A stretch of DNA of 64,000 nucleotides, taken from contig JAGBZD010000042.1 of assembly GCA_017628395.1 (NCBI GenBank), positions 6,386-70,385 on the forward strand, read 5' to 3'. Shown one piece after another: positions 8,357-18,123 of this stretch. The stretch comes from Paludibacteraceae bacterium (GTDB lineage: Bacteria; Bacteroidota; Bacteroidia; Bacteroidales; Paludibacteraceae). Positions within the stretch are counted from its first letter, which is position 1; every line of letters starts with the position of its first letter. The notes beneath the pieces are model-generated. The model was not told where the DNA came from and made no database searches. It saw only the letters and a program-made list of their open reading frames with translations. The translations under genes and the position numbers were made by a program.

Positions 8357-9733
8357 ATGCGAAAATTATGTATATTCATATTACTTTTGCTCGCTTCTAT
8401 CCCTCTTTCTGCGCAAAATGAAGCGAAAGCCAATGACCTCTTTCAATCGGCAGATTACTCAGGTGCGATGAAAGAATACGGTTTGCTGTTGAAGCGCTAT
8501 CCCTCATCCGCACTATTCGCATACCGCTATGCTCGCTGCGCTCAAGAATTAGGCGATTACACTACTGCAATACAATACTTTAAGAAATCGGGTAATCGCT
8601 ACGACTTGAAGCACTTTAACTTGGGTGAGAGTTACCTCGCCCTCTTCTATCCAGAGGAAGCAATCGCTTCCTACGAAGCCTATTTAGCAACATTGGCTGC
8701 CGATTCGGAACGCATACCGTATGTGCGCACACAAATACAAAAGGCAGAAAAACTGCAACGCTACTTGCGACGCGTCGAGAAAGTGAATATTATTGATTCC
8801 GTTGAAACCACCGTAGATAGTATTCTGGCATATTGCCCCCTATCCGCAGAAGTAGGCAGTATGACCTACACACCCGATAGCAATATTATCTACACCAATC
8901 AACGCGCAGACCGCCAATTGTGGGCAACGATACACGACTCGCTTTCTGTGATTGTATCCAGTCATAGTCTAATGGGACAGTGGTCGCAGCCAGACACCTT
9001 GCCACAAGAAGTGAACATAGCCGACAAACAGGCATACCCATATGTACTGAGCGACGGTGTGACCATATACTTTGCAGCATGCGACAGCAATGGATTAGGA
9101 GGGTATGACATCTATGTAACACGATACAACACATACACCGACTCCTATACCACTCCTGAAAACTTAGGAATGCCATTCAACTCCACAGCCAACGACTACT
9201 TGATGCTAATAGATGAGCATAACAACATTGGCTATTTTGCTACTGACCGCTTCTCCCCTGCGGGCAAAGTACGCATCTATTCGTTTGTTCCTGCATGGCA
9301 AAAAAACTATTGGCGCGGTCTATCGCAAGATTCATTGGTGGCATACGCACAACTGCGCTATACATGGTCAGTAGAACGCTCCACAACAACGCATAGCAAT
9401 ACAACAGCAATAGCAAATACACATACGGCTGACGACGACGAGAAAAAGATTTTCTTCGTGCTGAACGACTCGGTAGTCTATACCTCAGTGAATGATTTTC
9501 GCAATCCCAATGCGCTAAAAAAATACTACGAATGGGAAGAACTCCAAAAGCAAATCACCAATAATACCAAACGCTTGGAGCAACTACGCCATCAATACAG
9601 CGAAGCAGACCATGCAGGACAAAAAAAATTGACCCCAGCAATTCTCCGTCTGGAGCAATTGCAGAGTCAATATTCTACACAGAGCAACGACTTGATTAAC
9701 CAAAGTCGCGCATTAGAGAATTCGAATCCTTAG
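8357..9733 (+). CDS. secreted TPR plus PD40/TolB-like repeat protein
   Basis: Signal peptide MRKLCIFILLLLASIPLSAQ. TPR-like region (ANDLFQSADYSGAMKEYGLLLKRYP). PD40-like units (YPYVLSDGVTIYFA, GGYDIYVT). Start moved to 8357 from the ORF-track 8234. Confidence 0.7.
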   Translation: MRKLCIFILLLLASIPLSAQNEAKANDLFQSADYSGAMKEYGLLLKRYPSSALFAYRYARCAQELGDYTTAIQYFKKSGNRYDLKHFNLGESYLALFYPEEAIASYEAYLATLAADSERIPYVRTQIQKAEKLQRYLRRVEKVNIIDSVETTVDSILAYCPLSAEVGSMTYTPDSNIIYTNQRADRQLWATIHDSLSVIVSSHSLMGQWSQPDTLPQEVNIADKQAYPYVLSDGVTIYFAACDSNGLGGYDIYVTRYNTYTDSYTTPENLGMPFNSTANDYLMLIDEHNNIGYFATDRFSPAGKVRIYSFVPAWQKNYWRGLSQDSLVAYAQLRYTWSVERSTTTHSNTTAIANTHTADDDEKKIFFVLNDSVVYTSVNDFRNPNALKKYYEWEELQKQITNNTKRLEQLRHQYSEADHAGQKKLTPAILRLEQLQSQYSTQSNDLINQSRALENSNP

Positions 9734-10512
9734 CAATACAATTTTCCAACAATGGCATTCACCAAACGCTTGGGCAATAACCTATTGAGCAAGCAGAAAA
9801 TGCCATATATCGTTCCGCCTACATACATCGGCTTCAAACAACGACAAGTAGCCATTCGATAAAGACACTTAGCCATATGCATGGGTGTCATACCAGCTTG
9901 TTCGTCCCGCTCCATAGCAGCCACCGCCGACAGCACATTAGGATAAACATCCGCTCCCGCAATACTCTTCTCCCGCGCAGCAGTGAATCCCGTAGCCACA
10001 TCGCCCGGCATCAGCACACTCACGCCAATACCAAAAGCCCTTACCTCATTGGCTAACGCCAAAGCCATCGCATTAAGCGCAGATTTACTCGCGCTATAAA
10101 AACTCTGATATGGTATGCTCAAATCCGCAGCAACCGAAGAGGTAAAGAGAATACGACCATTATGCTGCTTGCGCAGGATTGGCAACACAGCCTTCACCAG
10201 CCGCATAGCACCGAAGAAATTGACATCAAACTGCTTTTTTGCTTCTTCTACAGAAGTAAATTCAATGGGTCCTGATATACCAAATCCCGCATTGCTCACC
10301 ACGACATCAATGCGGTCGGTATGGGTCATTGCCTCCTCAAGAGCAGCGTACACCGAAGCTTCATCCGTGACATCACAATGTATATGCACCACCGAAGCAG
10401 AGGATTGACCACTACGGCTCAACTCTATGACACGCCATCCCTTGGACACAAAGAGCTGAACCGCAGCCAAACCAATACCCGAAGAACCACCCGTAAGGAG
10501 AACTGTACGCAT
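9730..10512 (-). CDS. short-chain dehydrogenase/reductase (SDR) family oxidoreductase
   Basis: TGGSSGIG cofactor motif, NAG, and the YSASK catalytic motif. Confidence 0.85.
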   Translation of the reverse strand: MRTVLLTGGSSGIGLAAVQLFVSKGWRVIELSRSGQSSASVVHIHCDVTDEASVYAALEEAMTHTDRIDVVVSNAGFGISGPIEFTSVEEAKKQFDVNFFGAMRLVKAVLPILRKQHNGRILFTSSVAADLSIPYQSFYSASKSALNAMALALANEVRAFGIGVSVLMPGDVATGFTAAREKSIAGADVYPNVLSAVAAMERDEQAGMTPMHMAKCLYRMATCRCLKPMYVGGTIYGIFCLLNRLLPKRLVNAIVGKLYC

Positions 10513-10533
10513 ACTAAATAGTAAATCGCTATA

Positions 10534-11715
10534 TTAATAAATAGGTGTTTGGCGAAGCACACGAGCAATAATCTCCACTGCTTCATCAATCACAGGTTCT
10601 GTATGCGTAGCCATCAGTGTGGTGCGCAACAAACATTCACCCTCTACACACGCAGGAGCAATCACAGGATTAACATATACGCCCGCATCAAACAATGCCT
10701 TGCCATACCACAAAGTATCTAAGGTCTTATAGGTAAAGATAGGCACAATAGGCGTAGGTGCCTCAATAATCTTCACTCCCGCATCAATCAACTTTGTACG
10801 GAAATACTGGGCTATATTCATCAAACGCTCAGGACGCTCAGGATCTTTCTCCAATTGCTGCAAAGCCGCTAAAGCAGTAGCCGCACTACATGGTGTAATG
10901 GATGCAGAGAAAATAAATGGACGAGAAGAGTGTGCAACATAGTCATAAATCTTCTTGCTGGACAACATACATCCACCAATACTTGCCAACGACTTAGAGA
11001 AAGTGAGCATCGTAATATCCACTTTGTCTTGCAAGCCAAAATGTGCAGCCGTACCACGACCGCCAGGACCCAACACACCAAAACCATGCGCGTCATCCAC
11101 CAATATGCGTGCCTCGTATTTCTCTGCCAACGCCACAATCTCTGGCAAACGACAAATATCACCACGCATAGAGAACACACCGTCCGTCACAATGAGTTTG
11201 CCTGCTTGCTCAGGAATGGATTGAAGTTTCTTCTCCAAATCTTCCATGTCAGAGTGCTTGTAACGCAATACTGTTGCATTAGACAAGCGACATGCATCAT
11301 AAATACTGGCATGGTTCTCACGGTCGTTGAGGATATAGTCGTTTCGACCGCAGATAGCAGAAATAATCGCCAAATTAGTTTGGAAACCAGTACTACAAGT
11401 CATCGCAGCCTCGTAGCCTGTGAAGCGCGCTAAGGCGTCTTCCAATTCGAGGTGCAAATCGAGCGTACCATTCAAGAAACGACTGCCCGATACACCTGTG
11501 CCATACTTATCCAACGCTTTGTGTCCCGCTTCAATCACAATAGGATCTTCCGTGAAACCGAGGTAATTATTGCTTCCCAGCATGATACGACGCTGACCTT
11601 CCATCTCCACCACTGGAGCCTGACGCGACTCCAGTGTATGGAAATATGGATAGATTCCACGGCGTTTTACCTCTTCCAAAAGGTCGTGATGGCACTTTTG
11701 AAATAAATCAGCCAT
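10534..11715 (-). CDS. spt: alpha-oxoamine synthase family enzyme, serine palmitoyltransferase-like
   Basis: GIYPYF...VEMEG...LGSNNYLG, GSRFLNGTLDLH, DDAHGFG and TFSKSLASIGG (PLP lysine). By recollection the overall pattern resembles Bacteroides/Porphyromonas Spt more than BioF or Kbl. Confidence 0.65.
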   Translation of the reverse strand: MADLFQKCHHDLLEEVKRRGIYPYFHTLESRQAPVVEMEGQRRIMLGSNNYLGFTEDPIVIEAGHKALDKYGTGVSGSRFLNGTLDLHLELEDALARFTGYEAAMTCSTGFQTNLAIISAICGRNDYILNDRENHASIYDACRLSNATVLRYKHSDMEDLEKKLQSIPEQAGKLIVTDGVFSMRGDICRLPEIVALAEKYEARILVDDAHGFGVLGPGGRGTAAHFGLQDKVDITMLTFSKSLASIGGCMLSSKKIYDYVAHSSRPFIFSASITPCSAATALAALQQLEKDPERPERLMNIAQYFRTKLIDAGVKIIEAPTPIVPIFTYKTLDTLWYGKALFDAGVYVNPVIAPACVEGECLLRTTLMATHTEPVIDEAVEIIARVLRQTPIY

Positions 11716-11726
11716 GCAAATAACGA

Positions 11727-12668
11727 TTAGAGTACATTAATCTCTTTGAGCACAGCTGTTGTTTTAGCTACAGCCTCTTCGCTTGCAGCGAACAATGCTT
11801 TCTCAGCCTCATTGAGTTCGATTTCAACAATCTTCTCAATACCGTTCTTACCAATGATACATGGTACACCGATTGTAATATCGTTGTATCCATACTCGCC
11901 CTCAAGGTAAGCAGAGCAAGGAATCATCTTCTTTTGGTCGTTGATAATGCTATCTGCTACTGCCGCAGCCGCAGCACCTGGAGCCATCCAAGCACTTGTG
12001 CCGAGCAGACCAGTCAGCGTAGCACCACCTACCATAGTGTCCTTTGCTACTTGCTCCAATTCCTCTGCACTCATCATATCGCTCACTGGCATACCCTTGT
12101 AGGTAGCATAGCGAGTCATAGGAATCATAGTAGTATCACCATGACCACCGATAACGAAACCTTCTACTTCGTTTGCGTTGCATCCGAGCTTTTGGCTGAG
12201 GAAATATTTGAAACGGCTGCTATCCAATGCACCACCCATACCAATGACACGGTTGCGTGGCAAACCAAGTGCCTTGTAAGTAAGGTAAGCCATCGTATCC
12301 ATAGGGTTAGAAACCACTACAAGGATAGCGTTAGGAGAATAAGTAAGGATTTGGTTAGCAACGCTCTTCACAATACCCGCGTTTACACCAATCAACTCCT
12401 CACGAGTCATACCCGGTTTGCGTGGCAGACCTGAAGTAATGACTACCACATCAGAACCAGCTGTTTGGCTGTAGTCGTTGGTAACACCTTTCACAACTGT
12501 GTCAAAGCCCAAGAGTTGAGCTGTTTGCATGATATCCATGGCTTTGCCCTCAGCAACGCCTTCTTTAATGTCGATCAAAACGACTTCGCTGGCAACCTTC
12601 TTAACTGCCAACACATTTGCGCATGTAGCACCTACATTGCCTGCGCCTACTACGGTAACTTTTGACAT
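11727..12668 (-). CDS. mdh: malate dehydrogenase (LDH-like MDH)
   Basis: KVTVVGAGNVGATCA Rossmann motif, GLPRKPGMTR, and the GGHGDTM active-site region. Confidence 0.9.
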   Translation of the reverse strand: MSKVTVVGAGNVGATCANVLAVKKVASEVVLIDIKEGVAEGKAMDIMQTAQLLGFDTVVKGVTNDYSQTAGSDVVVITSGLPRKPGMTREELIGVNAGIVKSVANQILTYSPNAILVVVSNPMDTMAYLTYKALGLPRNRVIGMGGALDSSRFKYFLSQKLGCNANEVEGFVIGGHGDTTMIPMTRYATYKGMPVSDMMSAEELEQVAKDTMVGGATLTGLLGTSAWMAPGAAAAAVADSIINDQKKMIPCSAYLEGEYGYNDITIGVPCIIGKNGIEKIVEIELNEAEKALFAASEEAVAKTTAVLKEINVL

Positions 12669-12722
12669 AATTTTATAAAATTAGTATTTATTTAAAGTTA
12701 TAACTATATTCCTAATTTCGCG

Positions 12723-12754
12723 CAAAGGTAGTGTTTTTTTTCTACATACGCAAA
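12723..12754 (-). promoter_or_regulatory. mdh promoter (-7 TACCTTTG, -33 TTTG, 20-nt spacer)
   Basis: The reverse complement of 12723-12730 is TACCTTTG. The reverse complement of 12751-12754 is TTTG. Confidence 0.65.
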
Positions 12755-12836
12755 TTTTAATAGAAATTTAGAATACAAAATCTTAAAAAGAAGCTCCAAC
12801 GATGGGCTACAGATGTGACAGCGAGGGTAGCCTATG

Positions 12837-12869
12837 AACCCGTCAAAAACCCGTCAAGAACCCGTAATA
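12837..12869. repeat. 11-bp tandem array AACCCGTCAAA / AACCCGTCAAG / AACCCGTAATA
   Basis: Three contiguous units read directly from the sequence. They lie just downstream of the trmD stop. Confidence 0.8.
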
Positions 12870-12900
12870 CACTCTTTGGAACCCCGTTAGAAGCGGCATA

Positions 12901-13581
12901 CTACTCCTGCTCTAACAAGTCTGGTCGGCGTTCTTGGGTATGGCGGATGGATTCTTCATACAACCACTCTTCAATCTTTGCTTGATGCCCAGATAGGAGA
13001 ATATCAGGCACCCTCCAACCTTTATACTCCGCAGGGCGCGTATAAACACCCGGTTCAAGCAATCCATCTTGAAAACTATCACTCAACGCACTCGTCTCGT
13101 CCCCTATCGCTCCTGGCAACAAACGCACAATAGCATCCGTCATAATAGCCGCAGGCATCTCTCCACCCGTGAGTACAAAATCGCCAATCGTATATTCCTT
13201 CGTAATCAAATGGTCTCTCACTCGCTGATCTACACCCTTGTAATGACCACAAAGAATAATAATATTCTCTTTGAGCGACAACGCATTTGCTTCGCGCTGC
13301 GTAAAGCGTTCGCCATCTGGAGCAGTGAAAATAATCTCATCGTAATGACGCTGAGAAGTCAAGTACGAAATAGCACGGTCAATGGGCTCTACCTGCAAGA
13401 CCATACCCGCACCAAAACCAAAAGCATAGTCATCAATCTTGCGGTGCTTGTCCAATGTAAAATCACGCAAGTTATGCACATAAATCTCAGCCAAGCCTTT
13501 GTCTTTGGCACGCTGGACAATAGAATGATTGAGTGGCGACTCTAATAATTCAGGACAAGCTGTAAGAATATCTATTCGCAT
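12901..13581 (-). CDS. trmD: tRNA (guanine37-N1)-methyltransferase
   Basis: [13 protein letters not shown], the HYKGVDQRV region and the [11 protein letters not shown]-type motif ([14 protein letters not shown]). The 23 codons upstream in the ORF track are heptamer-repeat sequence, so I place the start at 13581. Confidence 0.9.
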   Translation of the reverse strand: MRIDILTACPELLESPLNHSIVQRAKDKGLAEIYVHNLRDFTLDKHRKIDDYAFGFGAGMVLQVEPIDRAISYLTSQRHYDEIIFTAPDGERFTQREANALSLKENIIILCGHYKGVDQRVRDHLITKEYTIGDFVLTGGEMPAAIMTDAIVRLLPGAIGDETSALSDSFQDGLLEPGVYTRPAEYKGWRVPDILLSGHQAKIEEWLYEESIRHTQERRPDLLEQE

Positions 13582-13582
13582 G

Positions 13583-13634
13583 GTGAAAAGTGAAAAGTGA
13601 AAACTGAAAACTGAAAGGTGAAAAGTGAAAGGTG
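13583..13634. repeat. heptamer tandem array: GTGAAAA x3, CTGAAAA, CTGAAAG, GTGAAAA, GTGAAAG
   Basis: Seven contiguous 7-bp units between the yidD stop and the trmD start. Confidence 0.9.
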
Positions 13635-13653
13635 TACATGTATAATGCAAGCG

Positions 13654-13881
13654 TTAGGGAACAGGGTCATAGCCACTTCCTCCCCATGGATGGCAACGCA
13701 TAATGCGCTTGATGCCCATCCAACCACCCTTAAAAATGCCATGTTTCATAACCGCCTCTACCATGTATTGGCTACATGTGGGCGTATAGCGACAAGAGGG
13801 AGGCGTCAAAGGAGAAATACAATACCTATAGAAATATACAGGCAGTAGAAAAAACTTCCTAATCATCGTTTTTATGCTCAT
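13654..13881 (-). CDS. yidD: membrane protein insertion efficiency factor YidD
   Basis: [31 protein letters not shown] is the YidD signature. Confidence 0.9.
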   Translation of the reverse strand: MSIKTMIRKFFLLPVYFYRYCISPLTPPSCRYTPTCSQYMVEAVMKHGIFKGGWMGIKRIMRCHPWGGSGYDPVP

Positions 13882-13885
13882 CGCG

Positions 13886-14266
13886 CTACCCTCCCACTGG
13901 ATTAATCGTATCTGCAGTAGCCATATTCGCCAATCGCAGCAAGGCTTTACGCATAGCTTTCTCTATGACGGGATATGGTTGTTTGCTTTTGTCTATATAG
14001 TTGAACGCCACCTGATAGCATACTTCCGCAGGCAATAGTTCCTGATTCAGTCGGTACGCCTCACGCATGAGTCGGCGCAAACGATTGCGGTCCACAGCAT
14101 GCTTGAAAAGGGATTTAGGCGCCCATACAAGCACTTGTGTAGCATCATTGGCGGGCAAAAATGTCACACGCAATGGCCAAACCACAAAACGCTTTCCGTT
14201 CGCATACAAGTGATTAATGTGGGTTTGACCACACAGTTTCGCCGATTTAGAGAAAGTATGCTTCAC
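13886..14266 (-). CDS. rnpA: ribonuclease P protein component
   Basis: Basic 126-aa protein with the RNR motif region ([16 protein letters not shown]). It lies immediately upstream of yidD. Confidence 0.8.
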   Translation of the reverse strand: MKHTFSKSAKLCGQTHINHLYANGKRFVVWPLRVTFLPANDATQVLVWAPKSLFKHAVDRNRLRRLMREAYRLNQELLPAEVCYQVAFNYIDKSKQPYPVIEKAMRKALLRLANMATADTINPVGG

Positions 14267-14274
14267 ACGAACTC

Positions 14275-15027
14275 CTATTGCTGCGAATCAAGGTACTTCT
14301 TAATCGCTGTTGTAATGCTTGGGAACTCAGGCGTAGGCGCTTGAATATCCGCCCTCCAACCATTCTCCTCAATGGCAGCTAAGGTATTGGCACCAAAACA
14401 TGCAATAATAGTATCACCTTGCTCCCAATCAGGGAAATTCTTCTTCAATGCCGCCACACCCGAAGGAGTGAAAAGCACAATCATATCGTAGTTGAAAGAC
14501 TTATCTTTAGGCCATTCAGAAGCTACGGTACGATACATGATTGCAGGCTTTACAACGATATTATGCTCTGCAAACATATTAATGTCATCATCGTTATGCA
14601 CATCCGACATAACCATCAGATACTTTTCGTTAGGACGGCGCAACATCGCAGGCAACAAGTCTTCAAAACGATTGTTTTCGGCAGCAAAAACCTTGCGTTT
14701 GCGATACTGAATGTACTTTTGCAAGTAGTTACCTACCGCTTCGGATATGCAATAGTAATGCATGTTCTGAGGAACAGTGAAACGCGACTCTTCGCACAAA
14801 CGAAAGAAATGATCAATGCCCAAACGCGAACTAACAATCACCGCTGTATAGTCCTCCAAATAAATGTGCTGGTCGCGGAACTCACGCACATTCACCCCTT
14901 CTACACGAATCAATTGTTGAAAATCGCATTGCACACCAAAAGTAGCCTCCAAATCCGAGTACGGATTACGATCCGACAAGGGACGAGGCTGGGAAATCAG
15001 GATATTTTTAATCTTTTTCATATTCAT
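14275..15027 (-). CDS. hemD: uroporphyrinogen-III synthase family protein (HemD-like)
   Basis: Size and pattern (ILISQPRP, VIVSSRLGIDHFF, VLFTPSGV) match the Bacteroidetes HEM4-family gene that sits next to rnpA. Confidence 0.65.
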   Translation of the reverse strand: MNMKKIKNILISQPRPLSDRNPYSDLEATFGVQCDFQQLIRVEGVNVREFRDQHIYLEDYTAVIVSSRLGIDHFFRLCEESRFTVPQNMHYYCISEAVGNYLQKYIQYRKRKVFAAENNRFEDLLPAMLRRPNEKYLMVMSDVHNDDDINMFAEHNIVVKPAIMYRTVASEWPKDKSFNYDMIVLFTPSGVAALKKNFPDWEQGDTIIACFGANTLAAIEENGWRADIQAPTPEFPSITTAIKKYLDSQQ

Positions 15028-15662
15028 ACAAAATATTGTATCGCCGAGATACTAACCATCAAAGGCAGCAACTCCAAAAAAATAATATATAGCAATATAT
15101 AAAGAATAGACATTGGCGTTGTATAAAACAATTGAATACATTTACCCAGTATCACCACAATAAACAAAATCAGCACTATCGCACACGCCACCTGTATGAA
15201 GATCGGCGATGGAATATTGGTCAATAGCAATAGTATCGGATACAGTCCCACACACATCAATGTCCGAATATTGCTATACTGCTCCATGGCTGCCGCCATT
15301 CGTTTCGCGGGCACAAACACATACCCCACTCCATGGAGAAGTAGCAATTGTAGTGTATATATTGCCGCAACAATCCCCAACACTTTCATAAACACGATGA
15401 CTTGCGCCGTCTTTGTCGGAATCACTAACAAGAACAATGCCATAGCCATAACGCCCAATCGAAAGATGCGCAATGAGATTTCGTTGCTCCAGTCGCGGGC
15501 ACGCACCGAATAAGCTCGCTCCGAGTGGCTGAACACGCCATGCCATGTCACACCCACAAGTCGCGCCTGCGGATTAAACAATGCCACCACCAGCAACACA
15601 AACATAACCCAAGCGACCCAAGGATTAGCATACAGAGAAGATATGTGCGGAATATTCACCAT
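15024..15662 (-). CDS. multi-pass membrane protein (DUF4271-like by context)
   Basis: Five or six hydrophobic helices. Overlaps the hemD-like start by 4 nt. Family assignment is from recollection of synteny only. Confidence 0.5.
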   Translation of the reverse strand: MVNIPHISSLYANPWVAWVMFVLLVVALFNPQARLVGVTWHGVFSHSERAYSVRARDWSNEISLRIFRLGVMAMALFLLVIPTKTAQVIVFMKVLGIVAAIYTLQLLLLHGVGYVFVPAKRMAAAMEQYSNIRTLMCVGLYPILLLLTNIPSPIFIQVACAIVLILFIVVILGKCIQLFYTTPMSILYILLYIIFLELLPLMVSISAIQYFV

Positions 15663-15666
15663 TGAT

Positions 15667-16266
15667 TTAGATAGCCGCTAATCGACGGGTTGAAGAATCC
15701 CATTCAGGCGCGGACAAGATAGCAGGTATTACCTCTTCTGGCGTAGCTACCACGATAAACATATCACGATGAATAGGACGCATCATCTGCTCCTCAATCA
15801 TATAGTCCAGACAAGCCAGCAAACGATCGTAATAACCATCGGTATTAAGAATCACCACAGGACAAGTGTGCAATCCCAACTGCTTCCATGTAAGGCACTC
15901 TAAGAGTTCTTCAAAAGTACCTATTCCCCCAGGCAAGGCAACCATCGCATCAGCATGCTGACAAATAGTAGCCTTACGCTCATGCATGGTTTGCGTAACA
16001 ATCGTACGGGTACTGCGCGGGTTGTTCCACCCAGCATCCACCATGAACTGCGGAATAACGCCAAGCACCTCTCCATTAGCATCCAATGCACCTGCAGCAG
16101 CAGAAGCCATAAGACCAATACCGCCATCACCATAAATCATACAAATACCCGACTGCGCAAACAACTCACCCAAACGGTAAGCCGCATCCATATAAGAAGA
16201 ACGAACTTTATTTGAACTTGAACAATAGATTGCTACATGTGACAATTTTCTCATTTTCAACAGCAT
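15667..16266 (-). CDS. LOG family protein (TIGR00730; nucleotide 5'-monophosphate nucleosidase)
   Basis: GGGIGLM and PGGIGTFEEL motifs. Confidence 0.85.
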   Translation of the reverse strand: MLLKMRKLSHVAIYCSSSNKVRSSYMDAAYRLGELFAQSGICMIYGDGGIGLMASAAAGALDANGEVLGVIPQFMVDAGWNNPRSTRTIVTQTMHERKATICQHADAMVALPGGIGTFEELLECLTWKQLGLHTCPVVILNTDGYYDRLLACLDYMIEEQMMRPIHRDMFIVVATPEEVIPAILSAPEWDSSTRRLAAI

Positions 16267-16495
16267 TTAGAATACTCAACTCACGAAATCGGCTGCAAAA
16301 TTACTGCTTTTTTTGCAATTACGCAAGTTTTTTCGTGGTTTTCGCATGATATGATAGATAAATCTATCAAAAATAGGCACTTTTAAGGTACTTTCATTGG
16401 AAAAACACGAATATTTTTACTTTTTTTATCATTTAATTTGCAAGTTCCGCCGAAAATGTGTACCTTTGTCGCCAATTTGTGTATAAATTTATATT

Positions 16496-17626
16496 ATGGC
16501 AGTAGAGATTAAGCAAATCACGACTCGTCGTGAATTAAAGAAATTCATTCAGTTTGGTAATGAATTTTACAAAGATTGTGAGTATTTTTGTCCTCAATTG
16601 ATTAGCGATGAGTTAAATGTCTTTGACGCAAAAATCAATCCCGCGCACGAGGTATGTGAGCACATACTATTCATGGCATATCGCGACAATCGTCCAGTAG
16701 GACGAATAGCAGGCATTATTAACCATGCGGCCAACAAAAAATGGGGTGTTAAGCATGTGCGTTTTGGTTGGATGGATTTCATTGACGATCAAGAGGTTAG
16801 TTTTTCACTCTTGGATGCCGTAGCAGCATGGGGAAAATCCAAAGGCATGGAGAAAATAAATGGTCCTGTAGGATTTACCGATTTTGATCATCAAGGATTG
16901 CTCTTGGAAGGATACGATGAATTAGCCCCTATGGCTTCACTCTACAACTATCCTTACTATGTACGCCATATGGATGACTATGGATTGGTCAAAGAGGCCG
17001 ATTGGATTGAGTACCAAATCTACCCTCCAACCGAATTGCCAGAGCGATTTGCAAGAATGGACAAAATCGTAAGAGAGCGTAGCCATGTGCGCGTGGATAA
17101 AGTGCAAAGTTGCAAGGAGTTGGTGAAGAAATACGGCATGCAATATATGGACATTATTGATGTAGCCTATCAAAAATTGTATAACTTCCAACCACTCACT
17201 GAGCGTCAGAAGAAATACTATTGCGATTCTTATTTTCCACTGCTTAACTTTGATTTTGTGACATTAGTCGTAAATGAAAACGATGAAGTCGTTGGCGTAG
17301 GTGTAGGCATGCCTGATATTTCCGATGCGTTGCGCAAATGCAAGGGTAAGTTATTCCCATTGGGTTGGTACCACATGCTAAAAGCATTGCGCGCCAAACA
17401 GATGGAAGCCTTTGACTTGCTCATTATTGCAGTTCGCCCTGACTATCAAGACAAAGGTTTGAATGCAGTGATTATTGCCGATCAGCACCCATACTTCGTT
17501 AAATATGGCATTAAGCGCGTAGAGACTACTTCTATCTTAGAAACCAACAGCAAGAATCAATCGCACTGGGAAATGTTCCCTCATAAGATACACAAGCGCC
17601 GTCGCGCATATATCAAGACGATTTAA
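16496..17626 (+). CDS. GNAT-family N-acetyltransferase-like protein
   Basis: C-terminal acetyl-CoA-binding-like segment LLIIAVRPDYQDKGLNAVIIAD. No closer assignment possible. Confidence 0.55.
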   Translation: MAVEIKQITTRRELKKFIQFGNEFYKDCEYFCPQLISDELNVFDAKINPAHEVCEHILFMAYRDNRPVGRIAGIINHAANKKWGVKHVRFGWMDFIDDQEVSFSLLDAVAAWGKSKGMEKINGPVGFTDFDHQGLLLEGYDELAPMASLYNYPYYVRHMDDYGLVKEADWIEYQIYPPTELPERFARMDKIVRERSHVRVDKVQSCKELVKKYGMQYMDIIDVAYQKLYNFQPLTERQKKYYCDSYFPLLNFDFVTLVVNENDEVVGVGVGMPDISDALRKCKGKLFPLGWYHMLKALRAKQMEAFDLLIIAVRPDYQDKGLNAVIIADQHPYFVKYGIKRVETTSILETNSKNQSHWEMFPHKIHKRRRAYIKTI

Positions 17627-18090
17627 TGCCAAACAAGAAGGAAGATATACTCCAACACACACGCGAACAACTTTGTGCTTACTTAGACGAGCATCAATTG
17701 AGGCATACCCCAGAGCGTTTTACCATATTGGCTACCATATGTCAATTGCAACGATTCAACATAGAAGAGTTGCGCGGAGCACTTACCGAATTGACCATTA
17801 GCCGAGCAACTGTATATAATACGCTTACTCTCTTGGAAGATGCCAATTTGATACAGAAATTGGATAAAGAATTTGGCGTGCGTGCTACGCAGTATGAATT
17901 GGTAGGCGCCACCGATTCATGCGTACAAGTCGTGTGTCAGCGATGCGGCAGGGTTAGCGTGGTTAAAGACTCTACAATCAGTCGTATGTTGGCAGACAAA
18001 CGCTGGTCAAATTTTGTACCACACCACTTCTCGTTGTATATGTTTGGCAACTGCAAAGTATGCAGAAGAAAAATGTACAAAAACAAATAA
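17626..18090 (+). CDS. Fur-family transcriptional repressor
   Basis: Winged-helix region (TPERFTILATI...ISRATVYNTLTLLEDANLI) and CxxC pairs (CQRCG, CKVC). The ATG overlaps the upstream stop (TAATG). Confidence 0.7.
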   Translation: MPNKKEDILQHTREQLCAYLDEHQLRHTPERFTILATICQLQRFNIEELRGALTELTISRATVYNTLTLLEDANLIQKLDKEFGVRATQYELVGATDSCVQVVCQRCGRVSVVKDSTISRMLADKRWSNFVPHHFSLYMFGNCKVCRRKMYKNK

Positions 18091-18123
18091 CATAAACAAT
18101 AAACTTTTAACTATCTACAATTT

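Noticed and set aside
13582-13650. N-terminal extension of trmD in the ORF track ([23 protein letters not shown]).
   Set aside because: It is encoded by the heptamer array. TrmD orthologues begin at MRIDIL-type sequences.
14419-15102. 227-aa plus-strand ORF.
   Set aside because: Antisense to the hemD-like gene and the adjacent membrane-protein gene.
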